17,379 nucleotides of DNA from Spirochaetota bacterium (GTDB lineage Bacteria; Spirochaetota; UBA4802; UBA5550): positions 1 to 17,379 of the forward strand of contig JBNKTL010000065.1 in NCBI GenBank assembly GCA_050298055.1, in the 5' to 3' direction. Position 1 is the first letter of the stretch. Every line of letters begins with the position of its first letter. Below, piece by piece: positions 1 through 7,645 of the stretch. Below the pieces are notes generated by a model, which was given only the letters and a program-made list of their open reading frames with translations, was not told the DNA's origin and ran no database searches. Made by a program: the position numbers and the translations under genes.

Positions 1-333
1 CTCCTGAAACTTCCCGAAATAAAGGGAAAACTGAAATTGAATATTCTCTCGGTCTTTACGCCCCTGTTTCACGGACGGGGGCCGCATCATTTCGACAGGA
101 GGTATATCTGGAACTATAACGGGCTGATCGTCGGCCGGGACGCCGTTGCCGTCGATGCAGTGGGACTGGCGCTCATAAGGGCCAAAAGGAGAAAACAGTT
201 CGGGAAGGAGATAAAATTTCAGACTATTCCGAAACATGTTGAGACAGCAGATAAAAAACATGGGCTCGGTGTGAGCGAGCTCAGCAGGATCGAACTTATA
301 AAGATTGGCTGGAAAGAGAATATATTAATCTAA
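1..333 (+). CDS. 3' part of a DUF362-like protein (5' end outside the window)
   Basis: Frame is open from base 1 (LLKLPEIKGKLKLNIL...). It contains GxGP and 'LIVGRDAVAVDAVG', resembling the D(P/A)VAVD motif of DUF362 C-termini. Stop is TAA at 331-333. Confidence 0.65.
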   Translation, partial: LLKLPEIKGKLKLNILSVFTPLFHGRGPHHFDRRYIWNYNGLIVGRDAVAVDAVGLALIRAKRRKQFGKEIKFQTIPKHVETADKKHGLGVSELSRIELIKIGWKENILI

Positions 334-334
334 A

Positions 335-475
335 GTAACTACTCAGCTCAGCTATACAGATGAATAATCATGTTTAATAAAAACATAACTGATCCCTGCC
401 GCCTGAGGAGGCGGGGACATATTGTTGTTATTTTTAGCAAATACGTTATTTTCGGTCATATAGCCGAGTAGTTAC
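335..475. mobile_element. 141-bp MITE-like element with terminal inverted repeats
   Basis: Left end GTAACTACTCAGCT (335-348) and right end AGCCGAGTAGTTAC (462-475) are complementary at 13/14 positions. The repeat extends to 17 bp (ATA/TAT) if a CAGCT duplication on the left is skipped. Internal hairpin CCGCCT-GAGG-AGGCGG at 399-414. AA flanks both sides. Confidence 0.55.
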
Positions 476-566
476 AATTTAAATAATAAATGAGTTTTCC
501 AGCCTGAAACTATGCAAAAAAACATACGACATAATTCATTTTTTTTTGGAAAAAGAATTAATTCTA

Positions 567-597
567 TTGACAACTTCCCCCCCATTAATTGTAAATT
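567..597 (+). promoter_or_regulatory. Possible sigma70-type promoter for carA-nrdJ
   Basis: Perfect TTGACA at 567-572. The best -10-like hexamer, TAAATT (592-597), has a suboptimal 19-bp spacer. Confidence 0.3.
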
Positions 598-749
598 TTG
601 AGAGCATTATAACATCTGATTTTCTACAGAGATTTAAAAAAAAAAATTTTAACCATATAAAATTTTTGATATTTTAATTATGGGTACCTCGGGAAACTTG
701 CACCCAAAGAACAGGGGTTCCCTTATATACCTGTCAGGTTGATTATACA

Positions 750-1832
750 ATGAGAAAATGTTACCTCATACTTGAAGACGGAACCGAGTTTACGGGACAG
801 AGTTTCGGTTACGAATCGGACATGCTTGGCGAACTGGTTTTCAATACATCCATGAGCGGTTACCAGGAAGTCCTTACTGATCCTTCGTACAGCGGTCAAA
901 TTGTGACCATGACATATCCCATGATCGGCAACTACGGGATAAACCGGGAGGACACGGAATCGGAAAAGGTCCAGGTATCCGGTTTCGTTGTCAGGGAGTA
1001 CAGTAAAAACTACTCCAACTTCAGGGCAACAGGCCCCCTGGACGAATATCTCAGGGAAGCAAAGATTGCGGCCATAGAGGGTATCGATACACGGAAAATC
1101 ACACGCTATATAAGGGACAGGGGTGCCATGAGAGCAGGAATATTCCTTGAAAAAAAAGGCGCCGTGGAGAAGGTCAGGTCACACCCCCGGATGACAGGAC
1201 TTGATCTTGCTTCCTCTGTCTCCTGCAAAGAACATTTCAGCTACGGAGAGAAAGATAAGAGCAGACCGCTTATCGCTGTCTTCGATTTTGGAATAAAGAC
1301 AAACATACTGAGACTCCTTGAAAAGGAGGGGTTTTCCCTCAATGTTTATCCCGGGAAGACTCCCCTGAAAGACGCCCTGAAAGACGGCGTAAAGGGGGTC
1401 TTCTTATCAAACGGTCCCGGTGATCCCGCGGCTGTGGAATACGGGAAGTCCCTGGTGGAGGATATTGCAAAGGAGGAGATCCCCGCCTTCGGAATATGCC
1501 TGGGGCACCAGATAATGGCCCTGGGACTGGGAGGGTCCACATATAAGCTGAAGTTCGGGCACAGGGGCGCCAATCAGCCGGTGAAAAATATGGATACGGG
1601 TAAGATTGAGATAACATCTCAGAACCATGGGTTTGCCGTTGACATGGAGTCTCTCAAGAAGAAAAGCCAGGTGGAGATAACCCATGTGAACCTCAACGAC
1701 AACACGGTTGAAGGCCTGAGGCATAAAAGGCTTCCGATAATGTCAGTACAGTACCATCCTGAGGCCAGTCCGGGACCTCATGACTCACGGTACCTTTTTA
1801 ATGATTTTTATAAAATGGTAAAGGATAATTAA
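750..1832 (+). CDS. carA: Carbamoyl-phosphate synthase small (glutaminase) subunit
   Basis: Motifs GELVFNTSMSGYQEVLTDPSYSGQ, FLSNGPGDP, FGICLGHQ (catalytic Cys), SQNHGFAVD and VQYHPEASPGPHD; 360 aa. Confidence 0.98.
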   Translation: MRKCYLILEDGTEFTGQSFGYESDMLGELVFNTSMSGYQEVLTDPSYSGQIVTMTYPMIGNYGINREDTESEKVQVSGFVVREYSKNYSNFRATGPLDEYLREAKIAAIEGIDTRKITRYIRDRGAMRAGIFLEKKGAVEKVRSHPRMTGLDLASSVSCKEHFSYGEKDKSRPLIAVFDFGIKTNILRLLEKEGFSLNVYPGKTPLKDALKDGVKGVFLSNGPGDPAAVEYGKSLVEDIAKEEIPAFGICLGHQIMALGLGGSTYKLKFGHRGANQPVKNMDTGKIEITSQNHGFAVDMESLKKKSQVEITHVNLNDNTVEGLRHKRLPIMSVQYHPEASPGPHDSRYLFNDFYKMVKDN

Positions 1833-1833
1833 A

Positions 1834-4173
1834 TTGAACAAAAGAGATGTAACAACAACAGACTGGAAAACACTTGAAATAAATTCCAAGCTTGAACCCC
1901 AGCTGTCGAAAAATTCCGTCATTGTACTTGAGAAGAGATATCTCGCGAAAAACTCAAAAGGGAAAGTCGTGGAAAAACCCGTTGAACTCTTCCAGAGGGT
2001 GGCAAAGTATATTGCCGCCGCGGACTTTAACTACAATAAATCCCGGGAAGAGGTAACGGCCCTGGCAGACAGCTTCTATGAAATGATGGCAAAGCTGCAG
2101 TTTCTCCCCAACAGCCCCACCCTGATGAACGCGGGAAGAAGCCTGGGACAGCTCTCCGCGTGTTTTGTTCTCCCGGTGGAAGATACCATGTCTCAGATAT
2201 TTGACTCGGTGAAGCATATGGCCCTTATCCATAAGAGCGGCGGAGGGACCGGTTTCTCGTTCTCCAAACTCCGTCCGAAGAACGATTTTGTGAGCACCAC
2301 GGCCGGCGTCTCCAGCGGACCCATTTCTTTTATGAGCATATTTAACGCCGCAACAGAGACCGTAAAGCAGGGAGGAACAAGACGGGGGGCCAACATGGCT
2401 ATCCTGAATATCTCGCACCCCGATATTATAGAGTTTATCAAGGCAAAGGAAGACAACAATACCCTCACCAACTTCAACATATCGGTTGCCCTCACAGACA
2501 GCTTCATGGAAGCCGTTGAAAAGAAGGGGACATACACACTGGTCAATCCCCGGACAAATAAGCCGGAAAAGGAAATTGACGCGCATTCTGTTTTCAAACT
2601 GATCATACACAAGGCCTGGTCCAACGGGGAACCGGGAATAATCTTCATTGACAGGATAAACCAGGAAAATCCCCTGAAAAAGGTCGGTCTCATAGAGAGT
2701 ACAAATCCCTGCGGCGAACAGCCCCTTCTTCCCTATGAGTCGTGCAACCTCGGCTCCATTAACCTGAACACGGTTATCACGGAAAAAAACGGAGAACCAT
2801 CCATCGATTTTGATCTCTTAAGAGATATTACCGCCCGGGCCGTACATTTTCTCGACAACGTTATCGATGTGAACAACTATCCACTGGAGACCATAAGGGA
2901 AATGACCCGGGCCAACAGGAAGATCGGGCTGGGAGTTATGGGATTTTCCGACCTTCTGATCAAACTGGGGATCCCCTATAACTCCGAAGAGGCCATTAAG
3001 GTGGCAGAAGAGATCATGTCCGCCATTCAGGATGAATCGAAGAAGGTATCCAGAGAACTTGCCGGGGAAAGAGGGGCATTTCCCAACTATGAAAAATCCG
3101 AATATTACTCTCGGGGTGAAGAACCCCTGAGGAACGCCACCACCACAACCATTGCCCCCACAGGTACTATCAGCATCATAGCCAACTCATCAAGCGGCAT
3201 AGAGCCCATATTTGCCCTGGCATACGTAAGAAATGTCATGGACGACAACGTCCTGGTGGAGACAAATCCTCTCTTCGAAGAGAAGGCACGGGAGAGGGAA
3301 CTCTTTACCGAAGAGATCATGGAGAAAGTGGCAGAGCACGGCTCGGTGGCGGATATGGATGAAATTCCCGATGATCTGAAAAAGGTCTTTGTGACATCAC
3401 ATGATATCGACCCGGAGTGGCATATCAGGATACAGTCCGCGTTCCAGAAATATGTGGACAATGCCGTATCCAAAACCGTTAACTTTCCCAACAGCGCGTC
3501 GGAGGAGGATATCGAAAAGACCTATACCCTTGCCTACAAACTGGGGTGCAAGGGTGTGACCGTTTACCGGGACGGTTCCCGTGATTCCCAGGTCCTTGAA
3601 AAGAAATCAAAAACGGAAAAACCCGCTGATGAAGCTGCGAAAACTGACGGATCCTCCGAGGCCAGGATAACACCCCGGTCAAGGGGAGAAGTGATAAAGG
3701 GCGCCACCCGGAAGATGACAACGGGATGCGGCTCCCTCTATGTCACAATAAACGAGGACGAAGAGGGGCTCTTCGAGGTTTTTGCCACAATGGGAAAAAG
3801 CGGCGGATGCGCCGCCAGCCAGACCGAAGCTGTCAGCCGGCTCATATCCCTGGCCTTAAGAAGCGGCATCGACAAGAGCAAGCTCATCAGGCAGATAAAG
3901 GGGGTCCGCTGCCCCAACCAGGCATGGGAAAAAGGGGGTAAGATCTACTCCTGCGCCGATGCCATTGCCAAGGCCCTTGAAAGGCATGTGGGAATAGACC
4001 CTGAGATCTATGAAGAAGAGGAAAAAGCCGATACCGCCAAAAGCATGGCGGAGACCAACGGAAGAGACAGCGACAAGGTCATGGTGGGAGTCTGCCCGGA
4101 CTGTCACGGACCGCTGGAGTATGAGTCGGGATGTTCCGTCTGCAGGTCGTGCGGGTTTTCCCGGTGCGGGTAA
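1834..4173 (+). CDS. nrdJ: Class II adenosylcobalamin-dependent ribonucleotide reductase with fused C-terminal TSCPD-type domain and Zn ribbon
   Basis: Motifs PNSPTLMNAG, QLSACFVL, SGGGTG, TNPCGEQPL (radical Cys), CNLGSINL, TIAPTGTIS, SKTVN and KGVTVYRDGSR. The C-terminal region has GCGSLYVTIN...SCADAIA and CPDC..CRSCGFSRC. TTG start is 1 nt after the carA stop, with AAGGA upstream. Confidence 0.95.
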   Translation: MNKRDVTTTDWKTLEINSKLEPQLSKNSVIVLEKRYLAKNSKGKVVEKPVELFQRVAKYIAAADFNYNKSREEVTALADSFYEMMAKLQFLPNSPTLMNAGRSLGQLSACFVLPVEDTMSQIFDSVKHMALIHKSGGGTGFSFSKLRPKNDFVSTTAGVSSGPISFMSIFNAATETVKQGGTRRGANMAILNISHPDIIEFIKAKEDNNTLTNFNISVALTDSFMEAVEKKGTYTLVNPRTNKPEKEIDAHSVFKLIIHKAWSNGEPGIIFIDRINQENPLKKVGLIESTNPCGEQPLLPYESCNLGSINLNTVITEKNGEPSIDFDLLRDITARAVHFLDNVIDVNNYPLETIREMTRANRKIGLGVMGFSDLLIKLGIPYNSEEAIKVAEEIMSAIQDESKKVSRELAGERGAFPNYEKSEYYSRGEEPLRNATTTTIAPTGTISIIANSSSGIEPIFALAYVRNVMDDNVLVETNPLFEEKARERELFTEEIMEKVAEHGSVADMDEIPDDLKKVFVTSHDIDPEWHIRIQSAFQKYVDNAVSKTVNFPNSASEEDIEKTYTLAYKLGCKGVTVYRDGSRDSQVLEKKSKTEKPADEAAKTDGSSEARITPRSRGEVIKGATRKMTTGCGSLYVTINEDEEGLFEVFATMGKSGGCAASQTEAVSRLISLALRSGIDKSKLIRQIKGVRCPNQAWEKGGKIYSCADAIAKALERHVGIDPEIYEEEEKADTAKSMAETNGRDSDKVMVGVCPDCHGPLEYESGCSVCRSCGFSRCG

Positions 4174-4207
4174 CAGGACCTGTTCCGGGCAAAAAGAAAG
4201 GTATTTC

Positions 4208-4828
4208 TCAGCAGCCCTCAAGCTTCTTTTTCTTTTTCTTTTTCCTCTGTTTGGGTGTCTTCTTTTTGCTATCGGGCTCGCTTCCGGCACTCATCTCCGT
4301 ACCGCCGCCCCCGAAATAATTCGCCACGGCAACCCTTCCTTTGTAGCGGAGTACTTCATCATCCGTTATATTCACGGGTAGTTTCGGATTAAGAACTATC
4401 TTATTCCAGAGATTGAACCCCCCCTCAAGGACCAGAACGTCTACCCCGGCACTTTTTAATACCACCCATGCCTGGTGGGCATGGGAGTTCCCGTTAGAGA
4501 AGATCACAACCTGTTTGTCCGCAATCAGCCGTTCAAGAGTATCTTTTTTCAGAAGTTTTCTGAGGGGGATATTTTCCGCTTTTTTAATACTCCCATTCTT
4601 GTATTCCTTCGCCGTCCTGATGTCAACCAGCCTGAAATCGTTTTTTCCCTGGATTATCCATTCCGAAAGTTCGCCGGGGGAAACATGGTCATCTCTTTTC
4701 ATGATCTCTTCCGAAAGTTTTTCGGGATCGAAGGAGTATCTCCCCCTGTCCGGGCCCGGCAGGAAGAGCATGACAAAGGCCAGAACAAAGGCCACGAGCA
4801 CCCCGATCTCCTTGTTTTCAATTTTCAT
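4208..4828 (-). CDS. Membrane-anchored rhodanese-like protein lacking the active-site Cys, with a Lys-rich tail ending in Cys (…KKKKKKKLEGC)
   Basis: N-terminal hydrophobic helix and rhodanese signatures LVDIR..EY..G.I..A.NIP and LEGGFNLW. The active-site loop reads IFSNGNSHA (Ser, no Cys). RBS is AGGAGGAG. Confidence 0.85.
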   Translation of the reverse strand: MKIENKEIGVLVAFVLAFVMLFLPGPDRGRYSFDPEKLSEEIMKRDDHVSPGELSEWIIQGKNDFRLVDIRTAKEYKNGSIKKAENIPLRKLLKKDTLERLIADKQVVIFSNGNSHAHQAWVVLKSAGVDVLVLEGGFNLWNKIVLNPKLPVNITDDEVLRYKGRVAVANYFGGGGTEMSAGSEPDSKKKTPKQRKKKKKKKLEGC

Positions 4829-4845
4829 GATTCTCCTCCTGCATC

Positions 4846-5454
4846 CTATGATCGGGAAGTATTCCCGTTAAACTTCTCTTCAAGTTTTTCAGCACCCCAG
4901 AAACCGGAGAGGGCGATCATCATCACGATAAATCCCACCACTCCTGCCGACAGGCCGAAAAACTCGTATAGTGTAACGCGGCCCATGAAACCGCTGTACT
5001 TTCCTGAAAAGAATTCTTCAATATACGGCGATATTTCTCCGAAAACAAACATTCCCAGGAGAATTCCGCCTATGTAAAAATATGAATCCACCTTTAATGT
5101 TGCGGCACCCGCAACGCTTACACCGGGTCAATAACCGCTTAATATGAAACCGAATCCCATTATGAGCCCTCCCGCAAGCCCCGCCCAGAGATATGTGGGA
5201 TTGATTAACATCACATCCACGTTGAGCCAGCCGATTGAACTTAAAAGGATGATCCCGAACATCGCGGTAATAATGGCGGTAAACATGATCTTAAAAACGC
5301 TCATGTCCCTGAAATAGAACTGCATGGCAAGTTTCCGGGCATTGCCCATTCCCCCCCTTTCAACCGCAAAACCGAAACCGATACCGATGAGGAACGCAAG
5401 CAGGAAGTTGATCCCGTTACCCCATTCACTTATAACAGCTATTGGTGCAAACAT
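4846..5454 (-). CDS. YeeE/YedE-family sulfur-compound transporter subunit; probable selenoprotein (Sec at residue 109, GY-U-PG), 202 aa
   Basis: Track ORFs 5128-5454 and 4846-5091 are in the same frame and are joined by TGA (5130-5128) plus 12 sense codons: ...GFGFILSGY-U-PGVSVAGAATLKVDSYFYIGGILLG.... The TGA occupies the Cys position of the family G(Y/F)CPG motif and is followed by a SECIS-like hairpin. RBS AAGGAG lies before ATG 5454; the final stop is TAG. Confidence 0.88.
5095..5130 (-). promoter_or_regulatory. Bacterial SECIS-like element
   Basis: mRNA reads UGA-CCCGGUGUAAGC-GUUGCGG-GUG-CCGCAAC-AUUA. A perfect 7-bp stem (5115-5099) starts 12 nt after the UGA and has a G-initiated apical loop. 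UAA/UUA can extend the lower stem. Geometry and sequence resemble the E. coli fdhF SECIS (GGUUGCAGGUCUGCACC). Confidence 0.8.
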
Positions 5455-5500
5455 CTTTTACTCCTTCAACATGAGATTACTTCCGGAGAACCACCGGAGA

Positions 5501-6052
5501 CTATATCCACAGCTTCCTGACAAAATAGGCCAGGGAGTAGGCCCCCACAAACATCATCATCATGACCACCCAGCTCCCCAGGGCAAGGGAGGCGCCCCCG
5601 GTAAGGGCATTGCCGCTTGCGCACCCCCGGGCAAGCCGCGCTCCGAACCCGAAGAGAAATCCTCCCGCGGCGGCAAAAATCCATCTCTGCTTATTGGTTA
5701 TCCGGGGCCCCCGGTTTGTCTCAACTTTTATCCTTCCGGCAAACGCCCCGGAGATAAGTCCTCCCGCAAGGACGCCCAGTATTTCAAAGACCAGCCATTT
5801 CTTGAAGGGGTTTTTCTCACCTCCCCCGTAATGGGCAAGATAGGCGTTATTGTCCACATGGTCCTGGGACACGGCCTTCTCCACGGCCACAACCGCGCTC
5901 ATGAATGCCCCGGAGGCACCCAGCCCTCTTCCGGAAATAATAAATGAAGAGAGAAGTACCAGCCCCAGAAATACCCCGACGATATAAGGTGAGGCATATT
6001 TATTATTATCCATTGCCTTTAACTCCCGCTTTTTAGATTTTGAGGTCCCCAT
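5501..6052 (-). CDS. YeeE/YedE-family sulfur-compound transporter subunit (GCxSG type)
   Basis: Hydrophobic protein with SPYIVGVFLG, GRGLGASG and GGFLFGFGARLARGCASG motifs. An alternative start is ATG at 6013 (MDNNKY). Confidence 0.9.
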   Translation of the reverse strand: MGTSKSKKRELKAMDNNKYASPYIVGVFLGLVLLSSFIISGRGLGASGAFMSAVVAVEKAVSQDHVDNNAYLAHYGGGEKNPFKKWLVFEILGVLAGGLISGAFAGRIKVETNRGPRITNKQRWIFAAAGGFLFGFGARLARGCASGNALTGGASLALGSWVVMMMMFVGAYSLAYFVRKLWI

Positions 6053-6096
6053 AAAGAATAACTCTCCGGTAAAAAAATTTGATTCACTCTATAATA

Positions 6097-7077
6097 TCAG
6101 TAGCTGAGCCAGGATGAGACCTGCCCCACCTCAAGAAAAATAAACCTTAAAAGAAGCCCTCCCGCGAGAACACAGGCGGCCGCATAGACCCCCGGGATGA
6201 CCCACCCTTTCAATTCCAGCCACTCAAGAAACGCCGGGATACTGAGACCGAAAGCAAAGATAAATATCCAGAAGATATGTGTAAACTCCCCTCCCAGGAT
6301 AAGACCGATTGCCTCCCTGTGTGGCCCGGCCGATGTGAGCATGCCGAAGATAAAGAGTGTCAGAATGAAAAGTTCCAGCCCGATAAATCCCAGGTCCAGC
6401 CGGGTAAAGAAATGTTTTTCCTTTTTATTCCGGCTGAAGAGAATGATAAAGGCGGCCCCGGTTGAAAGACCGGATACCAGGAAGAGGGGGCCAACAATGG
6501 CCGAATTCCAGAAGGGACGGGCCCCGAAAGAGCTGAGAAGAACCCCGGTATAGATCCCCAGAAGGACTCCGATAGGGAGAGAGGCCGCTGCGATCCGCTT
6601 CTTCTGCTTTTCCGCGAATTTGACCGATCTCTCCAGGAGCCCGGGAAACCAGGGAGGAATACTCTTTGGGGGAGCTTTAAGTTTTTTATAAACTTTGGGA
6701 AATCCCTTTCTCACGGTTCCCAGGGTCAGGAGTATACTGGAGGGGTAGACCAGGAGAAGGATCCAGGACCCCCATGACATTACGGAAGTGACCCTGAAGG
6801 TCGTGTAGAACCTCCAGACGGATACCTTGTGAGTAAGGTCCAGGAAGAGGGCCAGCATTCCCAGGGTCATGACCACCGGAACCGAAGCCACGATCCTGTT
6901 GGTTGAGAGGTGAAATTCCTTTCCTCTTTCGGTCAGAATCATATATGCGGAGAGAACAAGTATCCCGGCGGCAAGTCCCCCGAGAAAAAGATAGACAGGT
7001 ATCTCCCATCCCCATATCCCGAGAGATGTTCCCGGAACATGGGCGGCTTTGTTAGTGGTTATCGTTATCTCATTCAT
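6097..7077 (-). CDS. psrC: NrfD/PsrC-family integral membrane quinol-interacting subunit
   Basis: WGWEIPVYLFLGGLAAG, LFLDL and SVMSWGSWIL motifs with multiple transmembrane segments; follows the Fe-S subunit gene. Confidence 0.9.
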   Translation of the reverse strand: MNEITITTNKAAHVPGTSLGIWGWEIPVYLFLGGLAAGILVLSAYMILTERGKEFHLSTNRIVASVPVVMTLGMLALFLDLTHKVSVWRFYTTFRVTSVMSWGSWILLLVYPSSILLTLGTVRKGFPKVYKKLKAPPKSIPPWFPGLLERSVKFAEKQKKRIAAASLPIGVLLGIYTGVLLSSFGARPFWNSAIVGPLFLVSGLSTGAAFIILFSRNKKEKHFFTRLDLGFIGLELFILTLFIFGMLTSAGPHREAIGLILGGEFTHIFWIFIFAFGLSIPAFLEWLELKGWVIPGVYAAACVLAGGLLLRFIFLEVGQVSSWLSY

Positions 7078-7093
7078 TCTGTCACAATCCTCG

Positions 7094-7645
7094 CTATGAT
7101 AGATAGAATATATTGGGTCCGGTTCCCGCCCGGGGAAGGAGCGGCCTGTTTTTTCTTGTTTTCAGTTTTTTTGAGACCCCGCTCCGGGGATTTTCCATAT
7201 CCCCAAACTCAATACACCGGGTGGGACACACGGAAGCACAGGCAGGATCAAGGTTATCCGCTACCCGCCGGGAACAGAAGGTGCATTTTCCGGCATATCC
7301 TTCGGGGGTGATATACCGGGCATTGTAGGGGCAGGCGGCCATACACGCTTTGCATCCCGTGCATTTTCCCGGGTCAACTTTTACAATATTTGAATTCATA
7401 ACGGTATGACTGGCCCCCGTGGGACACGCCGAGACACAGGGAGCATTGGAACAGTGGTTGCACCTCTCGGACCTGATCTCCATGGAGAGGTCGGGGAATT
7501 TACCCGAGACCTCCTCCACAACCCATACCCGGTGAAGGCCTTCGGCAACCTCATTCTCGGTCTTGCATGCCATAACACAGGCGCCGCAGCCCACGCAGAG
7601 TTTTGTGTCAATTACCATCCCGTACCTTTTTTTTGATGATCTCAT
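7094..7645 (-). CDS. psrB: PsrB/PhsB/NrfC-type four-[4Fe-4S] electron transfer subunit
   Basis: Motifs CVGCGACVMACKTEN, CNHCSNAPCVSACPTGA, CTGCKACMAACPY and KCTFC...PACASVCPT; ATGA overlap with the psrA stop. Confidence 0.93.
   Translation of the reverse strand: MRSSKKRYGMVIDTKLCVGCGACVMACKTENEVAEGLHRVWVVEEVSGKFPDLSMEIRSERCNHCSNAPCVSACPTGASHTVMNSNIVKVDPGKCTGCKACMAACPYNARYITPEGYAGKCTFCSRRVADNLDPACASVCPTRCIEFGDMENPRSGVSKKLKTRKNRPLLPRAGTGPNIFYLS

Noticed and set aside
1834..4173. Intein or intron in nrdJ; cobalamin riboswitch or NrdR box upstream
   Set aside because: The motifs are contiguous with normal spacing, and no convincing B12-box or NrdR palindrome was seen.
4079..4210. Possible second Sec: the rhodanese ends GC-UGA, with an AACAG-GUC-CUGUU hairpin whose loop is 28 nt downstream
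   Set aside because: Read-through would add 42 unremarkable residues running antisense into nrdJ, and the hairpin is much farther from the UGA than in the YeeE case. A true stop after the terminal Cys is simpler.
4846..5454. Treating the split YeeE gene as a pseudogene or as two genes
   Set aside because: The only lesion is a TGA exactly at the conserved Cys, the frame continues intact, and a SECIS-like hairpin follows.
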